Part shown: piece by piece, positions 50,731 to 61,225 of the stretch
Layout: each line of letters begins with the position of its first letter
Position numbering within the stretch: the first letter of the stretch is position 1
Origin: Ignavibacteriota bacterium
GTDB lineage: Bacteria > Bacteroidota > Ignavibacteria > UBA10030 > UBA6906
Assembly (NCBI GenBank): GCA_963801355.1
Contig: CAWDEM010000008.1
Span: 544,001-608,000, forward strand
Length of the DNA: 64,000 nt
Direction: 5' to 3'
The notes under the pieces: generated by a model
Seen by the model: the letters and a program-made list of their open reading frames with translations, nothing else
What the model was told of the DNA's origin: nothing
Databases searched by the model: none
Position numbers and translations under genes: made by a program

Positions 50731-53700
50731 GGGAACCCCTGCCTCGCTGTCCACGCAAACCGGCGACGCCGGAGAACAACCATTGCATACATCAGGAGAA
50801 GAACGGCGACCGATGCCACGCCGAACAGGGCTATCACTGTTGATGACCAGAAGCTCGTCAGATTGACGCCGTACGAAAATGCATTCCCGGCCACCAGCTC
50901 GACCGTATGGTTCCCGGGTGGGAGGGTGACCGTGTAGCCGTCGTTTCCCTTCATCGTTTGAAAATGACTCGCACGGCCATTCACACTCAGCGTGCGGGGT
51001 TCGCAGCTGACAGTCACAAGGCAGCGCCCCTCGGAGGCATACGCAAAAGTGAGCTTGCTCATGTCGGACCGCACAGACAGCAGGGTTCCGGTGCTGGACA
51101 GAATCCGGGGATAGAACTGATACGGGGACAGTGCTCCGCTGACGTTTCCCACAGGTCTGACGACATGCCGGCCAGCCGGGATGAGGTACATGTTGTCCCG
51201 TACCGGCGCAAGCGGGTTCCCATCAAGATCGATCTCTGACACTTCACGGGGAAAGTGCATCATGAAGTGATGCGGCGATTCCAGGTTGTAGGTTTCACCG
51301 CTGCGCGTCATCACCACGTTTCCGGCATACGCGGATGCAAGGGACATCATGTCTTGCGGGTTGACGCTCGACTCGGCGTAGATAGTCGCCCGGGGGGCGC
51401 CCAGCGCAGCCGCCCGCACGAGATGGAAGCTCTCCGTGCCGGTCTGGATCAGCGTAGGAAACGGGGTGGGCTGACCGGGATCCCGGAACGCGAGGATATT
51501 CAAGTCCAGGAGCAGCTGCTTGGGCGAACCGATGAGGTTCGAGTAGTGATTCCCGATCGCAACATAACGCATCGGATCCGTGGACCACTGATGTTCCGGG
51601 TCTTCGACCTGCAGAGCGAATCCGAACTCTTTCTGCAGCGCGAGGATGGACTTCATGTCCACACCGATGTATTCACGCAATTCAGGAGATCCGTAACTAT
51701 CCATTGCCGTGACGATCACCTCAAATCCATCACGATATCTCTGGATATCGGACACACTCTTCAGGATGCGGCGGTAAAGCTGCTCAAGCTTCTCCACACG
51801 ATAGTTGGTGAGAGCCGACCGGATCTCCGGATGGTCTCTCCAATACACCGGAGATCGTGGATCGAAAACCCGCACGGGGTCAAAACCGAGCCGGCCCCGC
51901 AGTTCTTGACGGGCGCTGGGATGCATCGGCGTGTACGATAGCGAATCCTGAAATCCCCTTCCCGCCTCAAAATAGAGTTCCGCAAGGTTGACACCATCCC
52001 AGTCATACTGCCGGAGAAAACTGACGAAGTCATTGGTCATCGCAGCAACACACCTCGCGTCGGTTAACGCGACCGGGTAGCGCCATGAGGGGCGCACGTC
52101 TTCACCCCGAAAATTCTTTTCACGCCATTCAGCATGTTCCTGCCAGAATTTCTGACTCACCTGTGGCGGCTCCAGCCAGGCGTAGACCAGAATTCCGTTG
52201 GCATGGGCAAGGTCGATGAGCCGCTTGTAGTCATAGGTGTACTTCGGGTAGGTGTGCCACCCCGCCACATGAATACGGCGAATCCCCTGCTGCACCCAGA
52301 GACGCACGAGATGCTCAATGCTCTGGGTGTGCCGAAAACCGGGATCAAAGTACATCTCGAGTGATTCCCGCCGCAGAATCGGGGCGAGCCCCATGTACGT
52401 GCGGATGTATTCGAACAGGAATGGGTAATGGCTGTAGCCGAGTTGCGTGTGCGGGTCAAATCGTGTCGCGATAAACAGGAGCTTCCCCCCGCCGACGTTC
52501 CTGCCCACAACCAACGGGACCTCGCTGGCATTGTCGGTGCAAAACACCTCGTCGATATCGTCCGCCTCAAATTTGGTGATCACTTCGGGCGTTCTCCAGG
52601 TGATCTGCTCTTCCGGGAAGAGCTTGTCCACCACTTTACTCACCTCCAGTGTCGTGTTGCCGAACCGGATGCCGAACTCTTCGACGAGGTAGTTACGCGT
52701 GTCAGTAATGAGCGCCCCACCGTCCCGCACCCACCGGACAAGAGCGTCGTATTCCTCCAGCTTCAAGGAATCCACGAACCCGAACGGTACGACCGCAAGG
52801 TTGTAGGGCGACAGGGTGATCGGCTGACCGACAAAGACCGTGTCCACGGGAATGCTCAGGCTCGCAAAAAGCGCGGCAAACGACGCTTGGTCGTTGTAGG
52901 CTGCACCGCGCGCGTACTGGTTCCAGAGAATAACCGGACGAGCTTCTTTCCAGGATTCCTCCGTGGAGAGCACGCGCCCTATGGTTCTCGTGACACCTTG
53001 CACTGTCTTTGCAAACAGCGACTGCTGGCGTTCCTTGAATTCAGTCGGCTCGCCCCTGTACACTTCACCGGGCTTGAGCTCAACGCTATGCGTGCTCGTT
53101 CCTGAGAGCCGCGTTTCCGACGTATTCCGGCGCACTACCTCGCCATCCCTGTCAATCACTGTTTCCACAAGATACTGATCGGCAAGCGTAATGTTGTACG
53201 TCTGGGACCCGGTGAGGATGATCCGATCGCGGGTCTGTACCCGGTTCTCGTCATCACGAACATCGATATACGTGTACCCCATCGCCTGCACGGAATCCAC
53301 AAGCTCTTCAAGCAGCGAGAGGTCCAGGAAAGCGTGAAAGAACGACGCAGCAAAACCATCACGGACACTCAGGTTTGTGCGCGCGTTCCGGACGATATCG
53401 AGAACGTATGCCCGACTGGAATCCTTGTTAGCCAACAGCGGCACATACCCCAGATTCTCCGGATAGACCTTTTGCCCGAAGAGATCCCGCTTGATCATAT
53501 AGGGGAAGTACTGGCTGTAGTCGGCGTGTTCGATGGTCAGACGTTGCTCCATTGCGCTGCTGAAGTACTCACCGATCACCCGGTACAGCAGGAACGAAGC
53601 GGTGTAGTGCGGGGTCTCCCATAGCAACGGGTACAAGCCATTCCTCATGAACTCCTGTATTCCCGTTTCGATCTTGCGACGTATCGCCGCTTCCGTTTCT

Positions 53701-54686
53701 CCCTTAATCGGGCGACTCGTCGATTCATCCCAGAATTCGTAATCAGCGCCGGTCGTGCCTTTGTATTGATGGGTGACCCCATGCATCACAATGGTCCCGC
53801 CGTTGCGCACCATGTATTTCAGTGCATCCACGATTTCGGGCTTGTCGGAGAGGCTCACACGGAGGCCTTCGCCCGGGTCCACGTAAAACGGGGAGACGCC
53901 CACGAGAAACGGAATGCCCTGGGAGGAGAGGACGTCTGCGACATCGCGCAGCCGGTCCGGGTTCTCCAACGGGTTGACGTCTTCAATCCTGATGATGGCA
54001 GAATGGGATCCCTCATGCTCTTCACCGAGAATGTCATGCAACATATCGGCAAAGAGAATGTAGCGATCGCCCGGGCCGGCCGAAGCGAACGGAGAGTCTG
54101 CGACATAGATGAGATTCCGGGAGCGGACGATGTACGGCACCCTGCGCTTGGATTTCTCCGCATACGCTGTGGCCAGGACGTCGACTAGTTTGCGATTGGC
54201 AATGGTGACAATGTTGAGATTCGGCTCTTCCTTGGAAAACCGGTCCGCACCATGCTCGATAGTGGAGAAGCCGCCAATAGAATCGATATGGCTTACCGAG
54301 AAGCCATACCGCGTGGCGAGATCATACCGAGCCGAGAATTCTGCAAATCCCGTGTGGATCCAAACGATCGGCACAGATGCCGAAAGGACATCGTCAAGAA
54401 ATTTCGAGGGCACGGTGTTGCGCGCGTTAAAACCGATATAGAAGACGTGATCGTACGAGAGGAGCGACCGTGGAGCATAGTCGTCAACGCCGATGACGGT
54501 TGAAGTAACATCAAAGTGACCCAGCAATGCCGCAAGTTGCCGTCCATCGCCCACCGGAAAGCTCGTGATATCGGTCTTTCCCTCCACCACGATCAGCACC
54601 TTCTTGGTGGCCCGGGCGTCAACACTGCATGTGAGCGCGATGAGGAATACAGCAAGTCCCATCACGAGTATCCGACCTCTGTTCAA
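50727..54686 (-). CDS. DUF2334/YdaL-like polysaccharide deacetylase fused to a glycoside-hydrolase-like TIM-barrel domain, with a C-terminal TM anchor
   Basis: LAALLGHF, IRIEDVNP, HGVTHQ, WETPHY and FFHAF (NodB-like). Later IDLAHANGILVYAW...YDWDGVNLAELYF, then a TM and RRRR. TTG start at 54686 follows AAGGAG. Confidence 0.82.
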   Translation of the reverse strand: MNRGRILVMGLAVFLIALTCSVDARATKKVLIVVEGKTDITSFPVGDGRQLAALLGHFDVTSTVIGVDDYAPRSLLSYDHVFYIGFNARNTVPSKFLDDVLSASVPIVWIHTGFAEFSARYDLATRYGFSVSHIDSIGGFSTIEHGADRFSKEEPNLNIVTIANRKLVDVLATAYAEKSKRRVPYIVRSRNLIYVADSPFASAGPGDRYILFADMLHDILGEEHEGSHSAIIRIEDVNPLENPDRLRDVADVLSSQGIPFLVGVSPFYVDPGEGLRVSLSDKPEIVDALKYMVRNGGTIVMHGVTHQYKGTTGADYEFWDESTSRPIKGETEAAIRRKIETGIQEFMRNGLYPLLWETPHYTASFLLYRVIGEYFSSAMEQRLTIEHADYSQYFPYMIKRDLFGQKVYPENLGYVPLLANKDSSRAYVLDIVRNARTNLSVRDGFAASFFHAFLDLSLLEELVDSVQAMGYTYIDVRDDENRVQTRDRIILTGSQTYNITLADQYLVETVIDRDGEVVRRNTSETRLSGTSTHSVELKPGEVYRGEPTEFKERQQSLFAKTVQGVTRTIGRVLSTEESWKEARPVILWNQYARGAAYNDQASFAALFASLSIPVDTVFVGQPITLSPYNLAVVPFGFVDSLKLEEYDALVRWVRDGGALITDTRNYLVEEFGIRFGNTTLEVSKVVDKLFPEEQITWRTPEVITKFEADDIDEVFCTDNASEVPLVVGRNVGGGKLLFIATRFDPHTQLGYSHYPFLFEYIRTYMGLAPILRRESLEMYFDPGFRHTQSIEHLVRLWVQQGIRRIHVAGWHTYPKYTYDYKRLIDLAHANGILVYAWLEPPQVSQKFWQEHAEWREKNFRGEDVRPSWRYPVALTDARCVAAMTNDFVSFLRQYDWDGVNLAELYFEAGRGFQDSLSYTPMHPSARQELRGRLGFDPVRVFDPRSPVYWRDHPEIRSALTNYRVEKLEQLYRRILKSVSDIQRYRDGFEVIVTAMDSYGSPELREYIGVDMKSILALQKEFGFALQVEDPEHQWSTDPMRYVAIGNHYSNLIGSPKQLLLDLNILAFRDPGQPTPFPTLIQTGTESFHLVRAAALGAPRATIYAESSVNPQDMMSLASAYAGNVVMTRSGETYNLESPHHFMMHFPREVSEIDLDGNPLAPVRDNMYLIPAGRHVVRPVGNVSGALSPYQFYPRILSSTGTLLSVRSDMSKLTFAYASEGRCLVTVSCEPRTLSVNGRASHFQTMKGNDGYTVTLPPGNHTVELVAGNAFSYGVNLTSFWSSTVIALFGVASVAVLLLMYAMVVLRRRRFAWTARQGFP

Positions 54687-54740
54687 GTCTCGTTCTCCTT
54701 GTACCGTCTTCACGCCACCCCCATGAAATATACACATACT

Positions 54741-54755
54741 ACAACTTCGGTGCCA
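54741..54755 (-). promoter_or_regulatory. Possible sigma54 (-24/-12) promoter for the deacetylase-GT2 operon
   Basis: TGGCAC-CGAAG-TTGT, about 55 nt upstream of the start. Confidence 0.45.
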
Positions 54756-55036
54756 AATCACTTGGGGGAAAACAGCGGAGAAAGGTGGTTTTTGTCGTTG
54801 ACGGTTCGACACAGCTGCCCTGGAGCGGCAGAATTGTCGAAGCAAATGATTTGTGCGCCCATTGTGCGTGGTTCTCCTCACAGGATGGTTTGTTGACCTG
54901 TGTGTCGTTCCCACATTCCCACGGATAGGCATCAAGCAGAAGGGGAACCTTCTGGGGGGTAAGCACGTTACACCGGCAGGACATCGTCACGGGATTCACC
55001 TGCACAGGATGTCCGCACGATCCAGGGAGACACGGA

Positions 55037-55780
55037 ATGGCACGAGGGATGCTTCGGGGAATGCTTGGCGGTGTGCTGATGTCCGTCGTTGCGCTTACCG
55101 CCCACGCGCAGGGCATCTCGTTTGAAATCCTGCATGGGAATGACCGGAAGGCAGTGGACAAGGGGACGTATATGCCCGGCATGTTCAGGCAGGAGGGCGA
55201 GGATGGAGAAGTCAGCATCTTGCGGCTGGACAAAGAATTGATGATCACCCTGATCCCGTCGAAAAAGTCCTACAGGGAGATGACATTTGCAGAGATGGGG
55301 ACACGTGTCAAAAAAGGTCGCTCCATGGCCACGGATGCAATGAAGAAACGGATGCAAGGCATGCCGCCCGAACAGCGAAAGAAGCTGGAGGAACGGATGG
55401 CAGCGTTGACCGGGACTGGGGAGGACGTGAAAACGGACATTGTTCAGACCGGAGGGCAGAAAACCATCGAGGGGTACCGTTGCACGGGCTACGTCGTCAA
55501 GCGGAACGGCAAAGATGTGGAAACAATCTGGGCGAGCAAAGATGTGCCGAATTTTGCATCGGTGCGCCACGACTTCCAGCGTATTGTCGCTCTGTTCAGC
55601 TCGATCGGCTCGGGCCGGAACGCCTTTGCTTCGATTGAAAAGATCGATGGCTTCCCCATTGAAACCATTGGCACGGGCTACACGGAGAAGATTACCAAAA
55701 TCCGGTCGGGATCATTCCCAGTTTCCGCTTTCGAGGTTCCCCCAGGCTACACGAAAGCAACATCTGAAGATTCTGACTAG
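55037..55780 (+). CDS. DUF4412 domain-containing exported protein
   Basis: Signal peptide (AHA-Q); ILRLDK...KKSYREMT, TGGQKTIEGYRCTGY, GFPIE and FEVPPGY. Confidence 0.82.
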   Translation: MARGMLRGMLGGVLMSVVALTAHAQGISFEILHGNDRKAVDKGTYMPGMFRQEGEDGEVSILRLDKELMITLIPSKKSYREMTFAEMGTRVKKGRSMATDAMKKRMQGMPPEQRKKLEERMAALTGTGEDVKTDIVQTGGQKTIEGYRCTGYVVKRNGKDVETIWASKDVPNFASVRHDFQRIVALFSSIGSGRNAFASIEKIDGFPIETIGTGYTEKITKIRSGSFPVSAFEVPPGYTKATSEDSD

Positions 55781-55788
55781 CATCCATC

Positions 55789-57486
55789 TCAGCGAAAATA
55801 CGCCTTCACGACGTACTGCAAAATCATGCGCTGGGTGTGAAAGAACGAGCCGTTCAAGGCTATGGCATGGCGCATGATGTCGATGAAACGGTTTCGGTCA
55901 TGGTAGAACATCGGGATGACCACTTGATCGAGCTTTGCATAGAGCGACGCGGCGTCACAGGCAGATCTGTCGTCGTCCGTCTTGACGGGATCACAACGTT
56001 CTCCGATAGCCCAGCCGGTCACTCCCTCGATGCAGCCTTCGATCCACCATCCATCCAGCACACTGAGGCTTGGCACGCCGTTGAGGGCGGCTTTCATGCC
56101 GCTCGTGCCTGAAGCTTCGAGTGGCGGCTGGGGTGTGTTCAGCCATACATCAACACCGGCGGTCAGGAGTCTTCCGAGTTCCAGATCGTAGTTGGGAAGG
56201 TAGGCGATATTGATGCGACCTTTGAGCGCCTCCTTGGCCTGAAAAATCCGCTTGATAAGTTCCTTTCCACCCATGTCATGAGGATGAGCCTTGCCCGCAT
56301 AGACCACCTGGAACTTTTCAGCCCTGGCGGCAATCTCCTTGAGCCGGTCCATGTCATGAAACAGCAGGTCCCCTCGCTTGTACGCTGCCGCGCGGCGTGC
56401 GAATCCAAGCGTCAAGACATTGGTGTCCATTCCGGAATTGGTCTCGCGGTTGACGCGGTCGATGAGCTGGCGTTTGGCCTGAACGTGTGCTTCCCATACC
56501 TGCGCTGCCGGAATGCTCAAAGCATAGCGCAGGCTAAAACTGTCCCCCCGCCAATCGGGAATCTGTTCGTCAAATAACTTCTGCAGCGGCTGTGCCGCCC
56601 AGGTGGCGGAATGGACGCCGTTGGTGATGGCATCAATCCGGTACTGGGCAAACAAGTGGCGGGAGACTTCGCCGTGTTTCTTGGCAACCCCGTTCACGTA
56701 ATGACTGAAGTTGAGGGCGAGATAGGTCATGTTGAGAGTGCCCTCGAGGCAGAACACATCTTGCATGGCCGCTATTTCTTCGCGCCCGAGCACGCGTGTG
56801 GCCATATCAATCGGAAACTGGTCATGCCCGGCCGGGACAGGAGTGTGGGTGGTGAACACGCATAGCTGGCGGACCGGCTCAATGTCGTCGCGGGTAAATG
56901 TGCTGCGACCCGCCTTTCGCGCTTGCTCATCGAGAAGGGCAACTGTGAGGAGGCTCGCATGTCCCTCGTTCATGTGAAACCGCTCAAGCTGGTCGTAGCC
57001 GAGTGCCCGGAGCATCTTGACGCCACCGATGCCGAGGATGACTTCCTGGCAGAGGCGGTAGTGCAGATCGCCGCCGTAGAGGTAGTTCGTGAGCGTCCTG
57101 TCCCAGTCGGTGTTTTCGGGCAGGTCGGTGTCAAGCAGATAGACCGGGACATCGAATCCATCGTAACCGCGTATTTCGTATTTCCAGGCGCGGATCTGGA
57201 CAGTCCTTCCCTCGATAGTCACCGCCGCCCGCGCAGGCATCTCCGTCAGGAAATCTTCAACAATCCATTCAACGGGCTCTTCCGTCTGCCAACCGCCCTG
57301 ATCGAGTTTCTGATAGAAGAAGCCTTTCCGGTGCACCAGAGTTACGGCGAGCAACGGGACCTTCCGGTCCGCGGCGGCACGAATGGCATCACCCGCCAGC
57401 ACACCCAGTCCCCCGCTGTAGGTCGGGATATCGTTCGCGAGTGCAATCTCCATTGACAAATATGCAACCAGCCTTCTGTCATTCAT
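55789..57486 (-). CDS. glgP: Alpha-glucan (glycogen) phosphorylase, short form
   Basis: [44 protein letters not shown] and [14 protein letters not shown]. Confidence 0.93.
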   Translation of the reverse strand: MNDRRLVAYLSMEIALANDIPTYSGGLGVLAGDAIRAAADRKVPLLAVTLVHRKGFFYQKLDQGGWQTEEPVEWIVEDFLTEMPARAAVTIEGRTVQIRAWKYEIRGYDGFDVPVYLLDTDLPENTDWDRTLTNYLYGGDLHYRLCQEVILGIGGVKMLRALGYDQLERFHMNEGHASLLTVALLDEQARKAGRSTFTRDDIEPVRQLCVFTTHTPVPAGHDQFPIDMATRVLGREEIAAMQDVFCLEGTLNMTYLALNFSHYVNGVAKKHGEVSRHLFAQYRIDAITNGVHSATWAAQPLQKLFDEQIPDWRGDSFSLRYALSIPAAQVWEAHVQAKRQLIDRVNRETNSGMDTNVLTLGFARRAAAYKRGDLLFHDMDRLKEIAARAEKFQVVYAGKAHPHDMGGKELIKRIFQAKEALKGRINIAYLPNYDLELGRLLTAGVDVWLNTPQPPLEASGTSGMKAALNGVPSLSVLDGWWIEGCIEGVTGWAIGERCDPVKTDDDRSACDAASLYAKLDQVVIPMFYHDRNRFIDIMRHAIALNGSFFHTQRMILQYVVKAYFR

Positions 57487-57497
57487 GGGAGACTCCC

Positions 57498-58478
57498 CTA
57501 TCGTTCTTCTTCTTCGCCGGCCGCTTGCCGAGATTGATCTGCACTGCCGTCCGGTGATTTGTCCGTCCGGTCCAGTGTGGCATCATGCAACGAGGCGGGA
57601 TCAGTCAACGGCTCCAGATGGGCCAGCACGGTGACATTGGGCAAGGCACTACGAAGATCGGCCTCGAGGCTCTCCATCAGTTGATGCCCGTGCTGAACCG
57701 TCCAGAGGCCGGGGACCAACATATGGAAAGAAATAAAGCGGCGTGTCCCTGCCTGGCGTGTTCGCAGTGCGTGATACTGTATGTCTGCTTGTCCATGCCG
57801 TTCAAGCACTGCCTGTATCGCTTGTTGTTCCTTGAGAGGCAGCGCCGTATCCATGAGTCCCCGCACCGAGCTTCGCATGATATGCACGCCCGACCAGATG
57901 ATATTCCCGGCGACGATGAACGCCACAATGGCGTCAAGTTCATTCCACCCTGTCAGAGCCGCTGCCCCCACACCAATCAGCACACCTGCTGATGTCCACA
58001 CGTCCGTCATCAGATGGCGGGCATCGGCCTCCAGTGCAATGGAGCCGTACCGTTGAGCCGCCTTGGACAAAGCCAGCGAGACAAACAGGTTCACGAGGGA
58101 GGCCACGACCGAAATCCCCAACCCCAGCCCGATCTGTTCCAGCGGCCGGGGTGCAATCAGCCTCTGTACGGCTGTGACGGCGATGCTGAGAGCGGCGACT
58201 CCGATCAAGCCCCCTTCTACCCCGCTGGAGAAATACTCCGCTTTGCTATGGCCGAAGGCATGGTCCGCATCTGCCGGGCGAGCTGCAATTGTCAACATCG
58301 CGAGTGCCATTACCGCGCCGGCGAGATTGACGCAGGATTCCAGTGCATCGGAGAGCAGCCCGACCGATCCTGTCATCATGTATGCCGCGGTCTTCAGTGC
58401 AATGGTGAGTATGGCCGCGGCAATGGAAAGCCAGGCAAAGCGTGCGAGGGAGGGACTACAGGTTGTGTTCGATGGCAT
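57498..58478 (-). CDS. Cation diffusion facilitator (FieF-like) transporter
   Basis: [31 protein letters not shown] and HLEP. Confidence 0.92.
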   Translation of the reverse strand: MPSNTTCSPSLARFAWLSIAAAILTIALKTAAYMMTGSVGLLSDALESCVNLAGAVMALAMLTIAARPADADHAFGHSKAEYFSSGVEGGLIGVAALSIAVTAVQRLIAPRPLEQIGLGLGISVVASLVNLFVSLALSKAAQRYGSIALEADARHLMTDVWTSAGVLIGVGAAALTGWNELDAIVAFIVAGNIIWSGVHIMRSSVRGLMDTALPLKEQQAIQAVLERHGQADIQYHALRTRQAGTRRFISFHMLVPGLWTVQHGHQLMESLEADLRSALPNVTVLAHLEPLTDPASLHDATLDRTDKSPDGSADQSRQAAGEEEER

Positions 58479-58524
58479 ATCCCGGCCCGTCAACGTCCTT
58501 GAAGTGGGTACATGCGTGCGCCGC

Positions 58525-59799
58525 CTAGAAGTCAAAATCCAGAATCAGAGCAAACTGGTTCTCGTCGATGGTGTTCTCTTTTCCTGTCTGTCTGAACGTG
58601 TACTCGGCGTGAAGCGCAACATTCACCGCGGACCAATCACCAAGATAGTAGCGCAACAGGAATGAGTAGGCATTGACGCTTCGTTCCTGGTCAAGCGATG
58701 GAGGACGGACCCAGTTGTACATTACTGATGCCACCAGCCGGTTGTCGAGTAGGCCTGCCCAGTTGAGCTCCGCAAACCCACCTGTGTAATTGTAGCTTTG
58801 CGTTTGGTCCAGAGCATTCAGTGCCTTATCATCGCTTCCCGTCATGAACAAGACGCCGAGATTGAACATCTCGTAGTTCAGACTTCCGTCGATGCCCATC
58901 CTGTAGAACGGTTTGTTGTCGGTGCCGTTTGTCTCGCCGGTCGGTGCGACGATGTTACCTGTGAGCCGTGTTGGCTGCCATCCGTAATAGGCAAACGCGC
59001 CGATCCGCTGCCCTGCGCTCTGGCCTTCGCCTTTCCCGAATGTCTGGAAAAGGCTGAGGTAGAAGTCTTTGGCATTGTTCACATCAGGGCTGCCACCGCT
59101 CCCGTTTACGACGCCGAATCCATACTTGAAACCGCTTCTGAAGTGTCCGGTTGCTTCGACGCCCATCTGATTGTCATCGAAGACGAATCCGTTCGCCGGT
59201 GTCGTGAACGAGTATACCTCGTAGGGAGCGAAGACGTTGTATTTTCGCTTTGAACTGAACTGATGATACGCAGGTTCGAACCGCCCGATCCGGATGTTCA
59301 AGGCGTCCTCAACGACGTTGCTGAAGACAAGATTGGCCGATTCCAGGGCGGCCAGTTGTGCAGGATTGTTGCCTGAACCGCCTGCGCCGGTGTAATCGGC
59401 CGATGGTTCATCGACCCTCGGAGTGTAAATCATAAGGAATGAAATGTTCTTGTGAAGAACACCCGCAGCGAGAAGGTCCAAGCCGAAGAGGTTGAATCCT
59501 GCCGTCGTCCCGGACACTGAACCATGCTTTCTGGAGTACACTGAGAGTCCGGCTGTTGTTCTCATGGCAATCGGCGGAGGGGTGTCGAAGACAGTCTTTT
59601 CGCCTCCGACCTGGCCGGGGAGCTGATACCCGTTGTCCCGGTAGCGCTGGCCGAAATCATTCAGCTTGGTGTACGCTGTGTGGCACATGTTGCAGTTAAA
59701 ACCATACTTGCGGGCAAAGGCCGGGATTGCGTCGGCGGCTGACGTGAGGAAGAGCAACGCGACGAGAACCATAACGAGAGACGCGAAAGGCGCTTTCAT
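58525..59799 (-). CDS. Fused monoheme cytochrome c-porin (Cyc2/ExtI-like outer membrane protein)
   Basis: Signal peptide ending ADA, then [16 protein letters not shown]...[13 protein letters not shown]. The rest is beta-strand rich ([14 protein letters not shown]) and ends LDFDF. AAGGAG RBS. Confidence 0.82.
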   Translation of the reverse strand: MKAPFASLVMVLVALLFLTSAADAIPAFARKYGFNCNMCHTAYTKLNDFGQRYRDNGYQLPGQVGGEKTVFDTPPPIAMRTTAGLSVYSRKHGSVSGTTAGFNLFGLDLLAAGVLHKNISFLMIYTPRVDEPSADYTGAGGSGNNPAQLAALESANLVFSNVVEDALNIRIGRFEPAYHQFSSKRKYNVFAPYEVYSFTTPANGFVFDDNQMGVEATGHFRSGFKYGFGVVNGSGGSPDVNNAKDFYLSLFQTFGKGEGQSAGQRIGAFAYYGWQPTRLTGNIVAPTGETNGTDNKPFYRMGIDGSLNYEMFNLGVLFMTGSDDKALNALDQTQSYNYTGGFAELNWAGLLDNRLVASVMYNWVRPPSLDQERSVNAYSFLLRYYLGDWSAVNVALHAEYTFRQTGKENTIDENQFALILDFDF

Positions 59800-59811
59800 G
59801 ACATGCACTCC

Positions 59812-60879
59812 TTACTTTGGCATCGCTGATTGTGGAATGGGCTTCACGTTTGCCACCTCTGGGTTGAGGCTCGTCATCGCTCGTTTCATAAAGGCGACAA
59901 GGGCATCCTTCTCTTTCTGTGAAAGTCCGAGTGGCACGATCAGCGGGTCGAGATTGGAGTCATCAGTATCACCGCCACGGTTGTAGAAATCCACGAGCGA
60001 CTCGAGATTCTTCTCCGATCCATCGTGCAGGTACGGCGCGCGCAACCCGGCATCCCGGACCGTCGGAGTTTTGAATGCCCCTTTGTCTCTGGGATCCTTC
60101 GTTATGTCGAATCTGCCCATGTCCGGCTTGGACGGATCGCCCGGCTTCACTCCGATGTTGTGAAACCTCCCATCAGTGAAGTTCGGCCCCCAGTGGCACA
60201 ACGTGCAATGCCCTTTGCCGTTGAAAATCTCCAGACCGTCTTTTTCCTGCGGCGACATGGCCTGGTCATCCCCTCTCACGTATCTGTCAAATGGTGAGTC
60301 GGTGGTAACGACTGTACGCTCGAATGCCGCGATTGCCTGTGCGACCAGATCAATCGTGACCGTGGAGGACCCGAATGCCGCCTTGAATTCTTCCGCATAG
60401 CCCGGAATATTGTCGACCGTCTTCAACATGGCATCATGGGTGTTCCCCATCTCGATGGGGTTCGCAATAGGTCCCTTTGCCTGCTCCTCGAGGCTCGGCG
60501 CCCTTCCGTCCCAGAATTGCAGCGGGAGATAGGCTGCGTTCGACACCGGCGGTGCCCTCCGTCCTCCCCTCTGCCCGGCGATACCCGCGCTTGTCGGGCC
60601 GTCATCCGACCAGCCCTTGGCGGGATCATGGCAGGTCGCACAGCTTATGGTATTGTCTTTTGAAAGACGTGCATCGAAGTAGAGCTGTTTCCCCAGGAGA
60701 ATTTTTGCGGCCGTCTGTGGATTGTCCGGCGGAGAGACAACCGCGGGAAGATTCCCCAGTTTCTGCGGACCGAGGACCTGGACGTTGAGTGCTGTCGTCG
60801 GTTTGTCGGGTCCATCCGCTGCGCTCAGAAGATAGGGAGTGATCAGCAAGGCGATAATCAACAAAAGCGTCTTGTACAT
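59812..60879 (-). CDS. Diheme cytochrome c peroxidase / MauG family protein
   Basis: LGKQLYFDARLS, CATCH, QFWDGRA, PIEMG, CTLCH and FKTPTVR...APYLHDG...FYNRGG. AGGAGG RBS. Confidence 0.92.
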   Translation of the reverse strand: MYKTLLLIIALLITPYLLSAADGPDKPTTALNVQVLGPQKLGNLPAVVSPPDNPQTAAKILLGKQLYFDARLSKDNTISCATCHDPAKGWSDDGPTSAGIAGQRGGRRAPPVSNAAYLPLQFWDGRAPSLEEQAKGPIANPIEMGNTHDAMLKTVDNIPGYAEEFKAAFGSSTVTIDLVAQAIAAFERTVVTTDSPFDRYVRGDDQAMSPQEKDGLEIFNGKGHCTLCHWGPNFTDGRFHNIGVKPGDPSKPDMGRFDITKDPRDKGAFKTPTVRDAGLRAPYLHDGSEKNLESLVDFYNRGGDTDDSNLDPLIVPLGLSQKEKDALVAFMKRAMTSLNPEVANVKPIPQSAMPK

Positions 60880-61225
60880 GTCATCCTCCTGTGAAATGAG
60901 AAAGGGTTGTTGAAAATGAACGGGGGACCTGCATCCTGGAAAGGTATCTGTAGTGTTCTCGAGCGCGTTATTGCATATTCTGGCTTAAGGACATGCTATG
61001 GTAGCAAAGGTCGGGTGGAATATCAAGAGGATTATAACTCAGGGCATCCTGGAGCGAATAGGAGGCGCTTCAACAGTGCATCGGCAGGCGTTTCGTTACT
61101 GCCGGGTACGCTAGGGGGCAGGGTCTTGATTCCGGAGAGAAAACGTGAGGTTTCAGGCATGCAATGATGCACGCTCCTTGCGGAGAGTGTCACCGTGGAA
61201 TTGAATCGGAAGTGGCAACTACACT

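Noticed and set aside
49567-50937. 456-aa plus-strand ORF
   Set aside because: Antisense shadow of the GT2 gene.
54852-54861. 10-bp match (TGTGCGCCCA) to the tRNA-Arg 3' end, a possible att site
   Set aside because: Short enough to occur by chance, on the wrong side of the tRNA for a typical 3'-end duplication, and there is no integrase.
54760-55030. Possible riboswitch (e.g. c-di-GMP) upstream of the EPS-like operon
   Set aside because: I could not find a recognisable aptamer consensus by eye. An Infernal/Rfam scan is needed to exclude it.
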